Positions 37,783-46,145 of a stretch of 50,379 bases of DNA are shown here, one piece after another. The notes under the pieces are model-generated. The model worked only from the letters and a program-made list of their open reading frames with translations, did no database searches and had not been told where the DNA came from. This DNA is from Thermodesulfovibrionales bacterium. GTDB taxonomy: Bacteria > Nitrospirota > Thermodesulfovibrionia > Thermodesulfovibrionales > UBA6898. Each line of letters begins with the position of its first letter. Position 1 is the stretch's first letter. The DNA is taken from assembly GCA_044450345.1 (NCBI GenBank), contig JBIOIY010000014.1, forward strand, positions 1-50,379, in the 5' to 3' direction. The translations under genes were made by a program, and so were the position numbers.

Positions 37783-39102
37783 ATTAATATCCCCTTATTC
37801 CTGCTGAAATACTTGGAATTCCGGAGGAACGCGCGCCGGACACCACAGGAATTCTCAGAACGCCGTTTGAGAAAATTCCGCAAGTTCGTCGGATTCATAA
37901 ACAACCGGTCGCCATACTATGCGCGGATCATCAGGGAGCGCGGCATTGATGTCAGTACGTGCGTTCCCGAAAGCTTCCCAGTCCTGACAAAGCGTACTCT
38001 CATGGAGCATTTCGACGATATCGTCACTACGCCGGCCATTACGAAGGAGGGGATCGCGGATTTCCTCTCCCGGTCGACCGATCCCCTTGAACTCTACAAA
38101 GGGGACTTCGTAGTCCTCCATACATCCGGATCATCAGGGGAGATCGGATACTTTGTCTATTCCCGGAATGACTGGTCGCGGGGGTATGCGCAGTTTTCCA
38201 GGCTCCACCCGTTCTCGTTCCGGAGGCGCACGACCGCGTACTTCGGCGCGACGCAAGGACACTTTGCCGGTGTCACCTTATTTCTCACGTGCAGGCGTTC
38301 ATTGCTGAAGCTCCTGTACCGTGCGGAGATATTCGAGATAAACGGCCCGCTGCAGCCCATCATCGATCGACTCAATGCCCTGCAGCCGGATATCCTGAGC
38401 GGCTATCCCTCGGGCCTTTTGATGCTCGCCCACAAGCAGCTGACGGGAGAACTCCGGATCGCGCCATCGTTCATGGATACCGGCGGCGAGCCGCTCAGCC
38501 CCGATGCCCGCCGCGTCATCGAAAAAGCCTTCCAGGTCCCTCTGCTGGATCTCTATGCCAGCACCGAACACATGCTCATGGCCATGACGCACCAGCCGCA
38601 CGGTGGTATGTATCTGCTCGAAGACGATCTAATTTTCGAACTGCATTCCGATCATGTCTGTGTAACGAATCTCTTCAACCGGACCTTGCCGCTCATCCGC
38701 TACCGCATGGAAGACGTACTGCAAGCGATGCCGGGTGCCGATTGGCATCTCCCCTACACAAGGGTCAAGGACATAGTCGGCAGGATGGAACAGGCGCTTG
38801 TCTTTACGAACCGTCACCGCAGCGAGGACTTCATCTGTCCCATCATCATCGTCGAGGTGCATGTCAGGAACCTGCGCCGCTTCCAGATCCGGCTCTTGAG
38901 CAGATCGTCCTTTTTGTTCAGGGCGTGTCTCGAAAAGGACCTGGGGGCAAAGGAGCGGGAAGAAGTGTTTCGGGACATTCGAATGAAGTTGCAAGAGATA
39001 CTAAACCAAAAGGAAATGGACAACGTCACGTTCGATATCGAAGAGGTTGATGACCTGCAGGTGGATCCGAAGACCGGCAAATTCAGACTGATTACCAACT
39101 GA
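37783..39102 (+). CDS. Adenylate-forming enzyme, phenylacetate-CoA ligase/F390 synthetase-like
   Basis: HTSGSSG P-loop, GYPS, TGGEPL, DLYASTE, VTNLFNRTLPLIRY, TGKFR; SD AGGAGG points to ATT 37783 (ORF track start is TTG 37813). Confidence 0.88.
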   Translation: MNIPLFLLKYLEFRRNARRTPQEFSERRLRKFRKFVGFINNRSPYYARIIRERGIDVSTCVPESFPVLTKRTLMEHFDDIVTTPAITKEGIADFLSRSTDPLELYKGDFVVLHTSGSSGEIGYFVYSRNDWSRGYAQFSRLHPFSFRRRTTAYFGATQGHFAGVTLFLTCRRSLLKLLYRAEIFEINGPLQPIIDRLNALQPDILSGYPSGLLMLAHKQLTGELRIAPSFMDTGGEPLSPDARRVIEKAFQVPLLDLYASTEHMLMAMTHQPHGGMYLLEDDLIFELHSDHVCVTNLFNRTLPLIRYRMEDVLQAMPGADWHLPYTRVKDIVGRMEQALVFTNRHRSEDFICPIIIVEVHVRNLRRFQIRLLSRSSFLFRACLEKDLGAKEREEVFRDIRMKLQEILNQKEMDNVTFDIEEVDDLQVDPKTGKFRLITN

Positions 39103-39104
39103 TC

Positions 39105-39168
39105 GCCTCACAGTCTCCCCGCCGCCAGACTCCTGATGTGGCGGGACGCCGGACGTTTTCTGTGAGGC
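39105..39168. other. Long hairpin between convergent genes
   Basis: GCCTCACAG/CTGTGAGGC outer stem, CCCGCCGC/GTGGCGGG inner stem; no U-tract. Confidence 0.55.
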
Positions 39169-39277
39169 TGTATCTGCTGGCAATATACCCCCATTCGTGG
39201 AGGCTGTAAAGTTACCCGGAGGATGTAGAAGCTATTGGACCTTACTTGCGCTGCTGAACGAGTTGTCCGGGCATAGG

Positions 39278-39904
39278 TCATTTCCCGTGTTCTTCTATTT
39301 CTTCGTATCCTGTAAACATCTCCTTGATATGCTCAAGAGTAGTCGTGCCGAGAGTGGTAAGATATACATGCACGAATAGGAATGCTGTCAGGAAAAAGAA
39401 GACTATCACATGTACCATGTCGACGACCTTGAGTCCGCCCAGAAGGCCGATCCAGTGCGCAAACATCTTGATGTCCCAGAGCAAAACGCCGGATATAAGC
39501 TGCAAAGGCATGAGAAGCAGCATGATCATAAAGTATGCCGCCTGCTGGAGGGGGTTAAATTTATTGTCGGCTGTGGCGTGATGGGGGTTCTCTTCTCCGA
39601 TGAAAAGACCGTATCCGTAATAGCGTGCCTGTTTGAGAGCGCCCGTTAAGAACTTTTTCAAGTTCAGCGGAACATACATCCTGATCTTTCCGGTAGGGAC
39701 ATAATAGGCAAGCCAGAGGAAAAAATCCAGGACAACGATGAAGCCGAAGAAGTTGTGTATTCCCACCGCAGTCTTGAACGTCCCGAAGCTCGCTATTTCA
39801 CGGTAACGTATTTGTATGCCGGTGATGATGAGAACTATAAAACCAACCGCATTTACCCAGTGCCATATCCTTACCACAAGCGGATGCAGAAATATCTTCT
39901 TCAT
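39278..39904 (-). CDS. Di-heme cytochrome b (Ni/Fe-hydrogenase b-type / CbcB-like)
   Basis: HPLVVRIWHWVNA, GIHNFFG, KFNPLQQAAY, VHVI..FLFVHVYL, MFTGY; ATG 39904 overlaps the cytochrome c stop. Confidence 0.92.
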   Translation of the reverse strand: MKKIFLHPLVVRIWHWVNAVGFIVLIITGIQIRYREIASFGTFKTAVGIHNFFGFIVVLDFFLWLAYYVPTGKIRMYVPLNLKKFLTGALKQARYYGYGLFIGEENPHHATADNKFNPLQQAAYFMIMLLLMPLQLISGVLLWDIKMFAHWIGLLGGLKVVDMVHVIVFFFLTAFLFVHVYLTTLGTTTLEHIKEMFTGYEEIEEHGK

Positions 39905-41646
39905 CGTTTTTCCCCCTTTCCGGACCCTTCGGATTTCCTCTTCTTTCTCAGGGGAGCGGTGAGGACCCTGATTGTGACATGCGCGATCGGAAAGAGCAGC
40001 GCACAACATACTATAAACAGGCCCGCCCAATCCAGCAACGATACCCTGGTGCCGCCGAGCACATAAAACTGCCTCGAAGAGAGCGTCGAAAAGATCGATG
40101 TTAAGACATCGGGTTCTAATGTATAGCGCTCCATGCCGCCTTCCGCCTTGACTACCGCAAGCGTGACGCGTTTAAGGAACTTCGAGTCTTTGCTGTGGCA
40201 GCTTTCGCATTCGCTTATGGCATTCTTCTTTAACGAAAGCTGGTGTGCCTCGGAATATTTATTGACATCCATCCTGCCAAGATAGGTCACCCTTGCCCCG
40301 GCGCCTCTTTCATTCAACTGCTTCAGGATGTAGGAAAGCTCATAGGAATCCAGCCCCTGTCCATGTGCGTTTAGCCGCTTGGATAACTCTTCACTGCTGG
40401 TACCGAGCAGCGGCAGGATCTGCTCCCGGGTAAAAGGCTCGCCGGTCTTCTGATCGACCAACTGCAGATAGATGCCTTTTCCCGATGCAGGCGCATGACA
40501 TGCGGCGCAGGCGACCACTCTCAGATGGAGTTCACTATTGGGAAGCCATTTCTTATGCGCACCTTCTACCCCTTTGTGACATCCCAGACACGCGGCCTTT
40601 ATCTTGTCTGTCATCGCAGTGAACTTAATCTCGTGAGCGAAATGGCAGGAGGCGCAGAGGGGCGCCCGATGCTCACCCTTCGCCCTTGCCATGCCGTGGA
40701 CGCTTTGTGCGTATATCACGAAGATATCTTCATGACATTTTCGGCAGGGGATACCGCTCAATGTCTCATAGGTAGTTTTAGGGCCTACCGCGTGGAAGCC
40801 GTGGCAGTCTGTACATACCGGCGCCTTCGGATTGCCTCTACGGACAAACGTCCCTCCCACGTGAAACGAAAGGTTGTAATGTATGCTGCCCCGCTGAGAC
40901 GCATACTTATCCTCATGACATTTCCCGCATATCTCAGAAACCGAAATCGAATGCTCCCTCCTGTCCGAAAAAGTCTTTACCGGGTGGGAATCCCTGGTAT
41001 ATTCGGCATGGCAGTCGCTGCAGTCATGTTTATTGTGCACGGACGACGCCAAATTGTCAGGGTCTATCAGGAGCGACAGTCTTTCGCCGGACCCGAGGAT
41101 CTTGCTGATACTCTGGCGGTGGCACGTCAGACAATACTCCTTGCCTCGCAATGAATACTTCCAGTCAGTAACACGCCGCACATCATGAGCGCCATGACAT
41201 CCTGCGCATAATGGAGCGTCTGCCTTTTCGACCATATAGGCGTGGTTCGCCTTTGCCTTGAGCTGGTTGTCGGCGTGGCAGTTTCTGCACGCCCCCGAAG
41301 CCTCTTTCGCAAACGCGCCTCTGCCCTCAATGACCCTTCCCGGATGTGAATCCAGGGAGACCTTCTGATGACAATCGGTACAACTCAGGACGCTGTGCAC
41401 GGTCTTGCTGAAATCATTCGAAGAGACAAAAACGGACATTTTTTCCCCATTTTTGAAGGAAAGAGCGAGGTCTTTGGAGGCATGGCATGCCATGCATGCC
41501 CCGGCATTTTCAAGGACAGGAAGCTTTTTTGCACCTGAAACACCGGGAAAAAGCAGGCCTCCCGTCCACGTGACAAAAAAGAGCAAGAACAACAGGGTGT
41601 GCAATATTCTTTTCCGGCCGCTTTCCTTCATTCCTTCCCTCTTCAC
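39901..41646 (-). CDS. Membrane-anchored multiheme cytochrome c (13 CxxCH)
   Basis: Signal peptide, 13 counted CxxCH motifs, C-terminal TM helix with His (PIAHV); SD GGAGG. Confidence 0.94.
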   Translation of the reverse strand: MKREGMKESGRKRILHTLLFLLFFVTWTGGLLFPGVSGAKKLPVLENAGACMACHASKDLALSFKNGEKMSVFVSSNDFSKTVHSVLSCTDCHQKVSLDSHPGRVIEGRGAFAKEASGACRNCHADNQLKAKANHAYMVEKADAPLCAGCHGAHDVRRVTDWKYSLRGKEYCLTCHRQSISKILGSGERLSLLIDPDNLASSVHNKHDCSDCHAEYTRDSHPVKTFSDRREHSISVSEICGKCHEDKYASQRGSIHYNLSFHVGGTFVRRGNPKAPVCTDCHGFHAVGPKTTYETLSGIPCRKCHEDIFVIYAQSVHGMARAKGEHRAPLCASCHFAHEIKFTAMTDKIKAACLGCHKGVEGAHKKWLPNSELHLRVVACAACHAPASGKGIYLQLVDQKTGEPFTREQILPLLGTSSEELSKRLNAHGQGLDSYELSYILKQLNERGAGARVTYLGRMDVNKYSEAHQLSLKKNAISECESCHSKDSKFLKRVTLAVVKAEGGMERYTLEPDVLTSIFSTLSSRQFYVLGGTRVSLLDWAGLFIVCCALLFPIAHVTIRVLTAPLRKKRKSEGSGKGEKR

Positions 41647-41789
41647 TGTTCGACCTCCTGCCCGAAGACGTTACATTTGGATAGTCATCCTAATATTTAC
41701 ACCTGGATGGTCACCCTCACATTTACACCATATCACTAAAAGAACGCACACACAATTCATTATTCATTTTTTTATATTCAGGGGTAGTT

Positions 41790-41818
41790 GTCATACTAAT
41801 GACCCTTTTTAGTCATTA
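41790..41818. promoter_or_regulatory. Inverted-repeat operator candidate in the divergent promoter region
   Basis: TAATGAC-N8-GTCATTA (41797-41818) overlapping GTCAT-N4-ATGAC (41790-41803). Confidence 0.45.
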
Positions 41819-41876
41819 TTCGCCTGAGGGCTGTCCGGCTCTTATAATGCGGCACCTTATTTGATAGAATGGGGTT

Positions 41877-42191
41877 ATGGAAGATGACGTATTGGCCAGG
41901 GTGATCTCCGTTGAAAAGGAGATACAGGCCCGCCTCGGGGGTGAGAGGACCAAGGCCGCGGAATGGCTTGAAAAAATGAGAAAAGAGACAGAGGGGGAAT
42001 GCATAAAGGCGGAAGAATGCATCAGGGAGGCCTCGCGAAAGTCTGCAGAGCAGGCCCGGGATGAGGCAATGACAGGGGCGAAAAATATCATCGGAGAGGC
42101 TGGAGACAGGGCGGGGCGGCTACTGAATCTGAGCGACGAGACCCTCAGGGGGATTATCATGCGAAGGCTTAATATGATCCTTCCGGAATGA
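41877..42191 (+). CDS. V/A-type ATPase peripheral stalk subunit H/G
   Basis: 104-aa Glu/Ala/Arg-rich coiled coil, first gene of the operon. Confidence 0.78.
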   Translation: MEDDVLARVISVEKEIQARLGGERTKAAEWLEKMRKETEGECIKAEECIREASRKSAEQARDEAMTGAKNIIGEAGDRAGRLLNLSDETLRGIIMRRLNMILPE

Positions 42192-42195
42192 AGGC

Positions 42196-44073
42196 GTGAT
42201 AGTCAGGATGTCAAAGGTCGAGATCGTCGGCCCGAAGGCCCTGCTCGAGGGCACACTCCAATGTGTTCGGGATCTGGGGATATTCCAGATCGAACCGGCC
42301 GCGGTAGGCTTTATAGAAAAGGGGCTTGAAAAGAGCATTCGGACCTTTTACCCTGATGAAAGGACGGCGCTGGAACGGCTTTTTCTCCAGGAACTCCTCC
42401 TTAAAATAGACGAACTCATCTCCCTTCTCCCGAAGGGTGAGGTGAGGACCAGCTATATCGAACCGCGTTCTGTAATCGATGCCGTCGCCAAGACAATAGA
42501 CCGGCACATTTTGCGCGCACGGGATTTGCTCAGCAGGATGGACGCACTGCAGAAGGAGCAGGCCGAACTCGGACATTATATGATATTCCTGACCGCCCTC
42601 GCCTCACTTGTCGGCAGCGCGAAGGAAACGCCTGATCTCGATTTTATCGGCCTCACGATCCGGGAACCCGGGATGGTGGACCACCTGCGAGATGCGATAT
42701 CCCGCATCACTGACTGGAAGTTCGAACTCATTACCAGTGCCGCCGACGATGGTACGCTTGTCGGCCTGATAACGGTCGAAAAGGGGATCTCTGAAAAGGT
42801 GAAAAAATCTCTCAGCGACGAACAGATACCCGAAATGAGTTTCCCCGCTTCTTTCAGCGGGCTTACCTTCCCTGAGAAGGTCGTATTTGTGAAGAAACGG
42901 ACAGAGGAGGTCTCTTCAGAGGTCCGGCAGATGCATCTGGAAATGGAGCGGTCAGCTGGGCAGTGGATACCGATCTACCTGAGGGTAAAGGAATGGGTAC
43001 AGGACCGTCTGTCGCTCATTACGACAACGGCATCAGCCTACGAGACGAAGATGTGTTTTTTCATAAACGGCTGGATGCCTTCCCGGGACATGGAGAAGCT
43101 CCGGAAGAGCCTGGATGACGCCTTCGGCAGCAGGGTGGTACTCGATGAAAAGGAGATGAAGGAAGCTGACCTTGACCGCGTGCCGATCGTCCTGAAAAAT
43201 TCCCCCTATTTCAAACCCTTCGAACTCTTCACGGGCCTTCTGCCCCTGCCTGCATATACCTCATATGACCCTACCCCTTTTATCGGTATATTCTTCCCGG
43301 TATTTTTCGGGATGATACTCGGTGACGCCGGTTACGGCCTCGTCCTCGGCATCATAGCCATTGTATTGCTGAAGCGGCACCGAAAGAGACAGGCCGTAAG
43401 AGACGGCGCAAAGATACTCTCGGTCTCCTCCCTGTATGCGGTATTCTTCGGTCTGCTCTATGGCGAGTTCTTCGGCGATCTCCCCCAGAGGCTCTTCGGC
43501 ATAGAACCCCTCTGCATCGAGCGGCGCACAGCCATCATACCAATGCTCTGTTTCGCCGTAACAATAGGCGTTGTCCATGTCTTTCTCGGCCTCATCCTCG
43601 GAGCGGTCACCGCATTCAAAAAAAAGGAAAGGAGGGAAGTGCTCTACAGGCTGCTTACTATTGTCGTCATCCTTTGCATCATTGCCGTTATCGCATCGCT
43701 CTCCGGACTTTTCCCTTCGGTGCTCGTCCGCCCCGTCATTATTGCGATACTCTTCCTGGCCCCTTTTCTCTTCTTCGCAGGCGGACTGCTCGCACCCCTT
43801 GAGCTGCTGAAGAGCATCGGTAATATCATCTCCTATGTGAGGATCATGGCGATAGGGCTCACTTCAGTCCTCCTGGCCTTTGTCGCCAACCGCCTCGGCG
43901 GGCTGACCGGAGATGTCGTGACAGGAGTGGCCGTGGCAGCCCTGCTTCATCTTCTGAATATCATCCTCGGGGTCTTTTCCCCGACCATACATACACTTAG
44001 GCTCCACTATGTGGAATTCTTCAGCAAATTTGTCGAACACGGCGGCAGAAGGTTCGAACCTCTAAAAAAATAA
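42196..44073 (+). CDS. V/A-type ATPase subunit I (a)
   Basis: MSKVEIVG, INGWMP, DPTP, FFGMILGDAGYG, NIISYVRIMAIG (essential Arg), HTLRLHYVEFFSKF. Confidence 0.96.
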   Translation: MIVRMSKVEIVGPKALLEGTLQCVRDLGIFQIEPAAVGFIEKGLEKSIRTFYPDERTALERLFLQELLLKIDELISLLPKGEVRTSYIEPRSVIDAVAKTIDRHILRARDLLSRMDALQKEQAELGHYMIFLTALASLVGSAKETPDLDFIGLTIREPGMVDHLRDAISRITDWKFELITSAADDGTLVGLITVEKGISEKVKKSLSDEQIPEMSFPASFSGLTFPEKVVFVKKRTEEVSSEVRQMHLEMERSAGQWIPIYLRVKEWVQDRLSLITTTASAYETKMCFFINGWMPSRDMEKLRKSLDDAFGSRVVLDEKEMKEADLDRVPIVLKNSPYFKPFELFTGLLPLPAYTSYDPTPFIGIFFPVFFGMILGDAGYGLVLGIIAIVLLKRHRKRQAVRDGAKILSVSSLYAVFFGLLYGEFFGDLPQRLFGIEPLCIERRTAIIPMLCFAVTIGVVHVFLGLILGAVTAFKKKERREVLYRLLTIVVILCIIAVIASLSGLFPSVLVRPVIIAILFLAPFLFFAGGLLAPLELLKSIGNIISYVRIMAIGLTSVLLAFVANRLGGLTGDVVTGVAVAALLHLLNIILGVFSPTIHTLRLHYVEFFSKFVEHGGRRFEPLKK

Positions 44074-44092
44074 GGAGGCAAAGGAGGGAGAT

Positions 44093-44311
44093 ATGGAAAA
44101 GGTATTGATCGCATTTGCAGCAGCACTCGCGATAGGTCTGACCGCGATCGCGACGGCTTGGGCACAGTCGAGGATTGGGGCCGCGGGCTCGGGAACACTC
44201 GCTGAAAAACCCGAGCTGAGCGGGACTATAGTCATACTCCTCGCCATACCCGAAACGATGGTGATACTCGGGTTTGTCGTGGCAACGATGATACTCTTCA
44301 CCGGCAAGTAA
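44093..44311 (+). CDS. V/A-type ATPase proteolipid subunit K (c), single hairpin
   Basis: 72 aa, two TM helices, AQSRIGAAG...AIPET (Glu54). Confidence 0.95.
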   Translation: MEKVLIAFAAALAIGLTAIATAWAQSRIGAAGSGTLAEKPELSGTIVILLAIPETMVILGFVVATMILFTGK

Positions 44312-44312
44312 C

Positions 44313-44897
44313 ATGGGTTGCGAAGAGCTGATAGAATCACTCCGGAAAGAGGCGGAGGCAAAAACCCTCGAGATCTGGAAGGAGGCAGAGGAAGAGGCCG
44401 GGAAAATCAGGGCCGCTGTCTCTCTCAGGCTCGAAGCACCGGAGCGGGACAATGCGGCGGAACGCGCTTCTGAAGAAGGGGCGAGGAAGGTCCTGCTGGA
44501 GGCTGAGACCAGGGCAAGGATGATCAGACTCACCTCTGAAGACAGCCTCTCTGCGCGGCTTTATTCTCTTGCCTCCGCTTCTCTGGGTCTTCTTAGAGGA
44601 GAACGCTACGAAGAAATTTTTGGGAGGCTGGTCATGGAACTTCCTTCCGCCGGATGGCAAAGGGTAAGGGTGAATCCTGATGATTCGGGGCTCGCGAAGA
44701 AGTCTTTCCCGGAGGCGGAGATCGTAGCGGACAAGAACATCGCCGGGGGTATGGAGACGGAGGCAGAGGGAGGAAGTGTGAGGGTCGTCAATACCTTTGA
44801 CAAGAGGCTTGAGAGAGCATGGCCGCAGATGCTCCCGGACCTGCTGGCCGACATATACAGAGAGGTCATGGACAGTGGGACTCCTCCAAAGAGTTGA
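44313..44897 (+). CDS. V/A-type ATPase subunit E
   Basis: N-terminal coiled coil, VNPDD, IAGG, VVNTFDKRL. Confidence 0.9.
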   Translation: MGCEELIESLRKEAEAKTLEIWKEAEEEAGKIRAAVSLRLEAPERDNAAERASEEGARKVLLEAETRARMIRLTSEDSLSARLYSLASASLGLLRGERYEEIFGRLVMELPSAGWQRVRVNPDDSGLAKKSFPEAEIVADKNIAGGMETEAEGGSVRVVNTFDKRLERAWPQMLPDLLADIYREVMDSGTPPKS

Positions 44898-45828
44898 AAA
44901 CAGGGAATATCCGGCAGACTACCTCCTTTCCAGGATAAGGGGAAAGCGGGCGGGTCTCATAGCCGACTGGACAGCGCTCATATTCGGCGGAGCTCCGTTT
45001 GAATATCTTGCTACGTCACTTTTCAGGGGCTTTGTGACCGATAGGTCGCCTGAAGGCCTTTGGAAAGACCTGATGAAGGAATACCGGTGGGTCTATCTCA
45101 GAATGAACAGGAAGTTCCTTGAGATATTCAGGCCCTTCTTTCTCTACTGTGAACTCCGGACGATCTTTATCTGCCTGCGACATATCAAAGGCGGGAAGGC
45201 ATTGAGGGCCGGGGGAGTCTTGTCTCCCAGCCTCCTCTCGGAGGAGATGAAAAGGACCCTTAGGGAGAGCAAAGACCTTTCGACAGCGGCAGGGGAAATC
45301 GAAAAAGCCTTTCTGAAACTGTCACATGCGTTCGCAGGGGTTGCAGAGACCTGCGAACGGGAAGGGTTGGAGGGTTTCGAGCGGGAGTTGACATCAAGGT
45401 ATCTCGTGACGACCGCCAGGAGCAGACTGCATCCGCTCATGAAGGCTTTCTTTATACGCATCATCGATTCAAGGAATATCCTCGCCCTTTATAAATTCCT
45501 GAGACTGGACCCGAAGACAGCGCCGACCTTCATCCCTGCCGGCAGTATCAGCGAATCCGGCTTTGCGGGGATCGCCGAAAGAAAGGATATCATGGAAGTC
45601 TGCCGAAGGGCAGGAATAAAAGACGAAGGGCCCGGCCTGTCGAACGTGGAGACCGCGCTTTATAAGAATATATCGGTCTTCCTGAGAAAGGCCGGGAGGG
45701 ACCCCCTTGGCATGGGGTCGGTCCTTGATTATCTCTGGAGGAGCGAACGAGAAGTAATGAACCTGGGAATTCTCTCTTACGGCCGCGAAATCGACAGAGA
45801 GACGATCAGGAAGGAGTTGGTCTATTGA
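44875..45828 (+). CDS. V/A-type ATPase subunit C (d)
   Basis: YLLSRIRG, IDSRNI, LDYLWRSEREVMNL; probable GTG start at 44875. Confidence 0.85.
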   Translation: MGLLQRVENREYPADYLLSRIRGKRAGLIADWTALIFGGAPFEYLATSLFRGFVTDRSPEGLWKDLMKEYRWVYLRMNRKFLEIFRPFFLYCELRTIFICLRHIKGGKALRAGGVLSPSLLSEEMKRTLRESKDLSTAAGEIEKAFLKLSHAFAGVAETCEREGLEGFERELTSRYLVTTARSRLHPLMKAFFIRIIDSRNILALYKFLRLDPKTAPTFIPAGSISESGFAGIAERKDIMEVCRRAGIKDEGPGLSNVETALYKNISVFLRKAGRDPLGMGSVLDYLWRSEREVMNLGILSYGREIDRETIRKELVY

Positions 45829-46145
45829 AAAAGATAGCCTTTATCACTCCTAAGGATGCTGAATTCGGCTTCGGCCTTGCCGGCATGTCCCAATATGTCG
45901 CCGCAGAAGAAGACGCTGAAGACACCATGGCAAAAATAATTTCCGATCCTGACACCGGGCTGGTCATCATCGACGAAAGGATTATCAGACGAATAGACGA
46001 CGAGAAGATGCGGGAGACAGAAGGACGGTGGCGCGGGATACTGCTTGTACTTCCGTCTCCGGAAAAAAAACCTTCTGAAGTCGAGGACTATGCCGCCCGG
46101 CTCATAAGAAGGGCCATCGGCTACCACGTGAGGTTGCAGCTGTGA
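45825..46145 (+). CDS. V/A-type ATPase subunit F
   Basis: KIAFI...GFGLAG, GLVIIDE, LIRRAIG. Confidence 0.9.
   Translation: MKKIAFITPKDAEFGFGLAGMSQYVAAEEDAEDTMAKIISDPDTGLVIIDERIIRRIDDEKMRETEGRWRGILLVLPSPEKKPSEVEDYAARLIRRAIGYHVRLQL

Noticed and set aside
39100..39168. Selenocysteine read-through of the ligase TGA because a hairpin follows
   Set aside because: The protein ends at the family's normal C-terminus (TGKFRLI) and the hairpin lacks the 11-nt SECIS geometry
976..44874. Extended N-termini given by the track for rplD, rplX, rpsN, rpoA, rplQ, second YeeE half, mlaF, moaC, cpoB, cytochrome b and V-ATPase C
   Set aside because: They run into upstream genes; downstream starts with SD or stop/start overlap fit family lengths better
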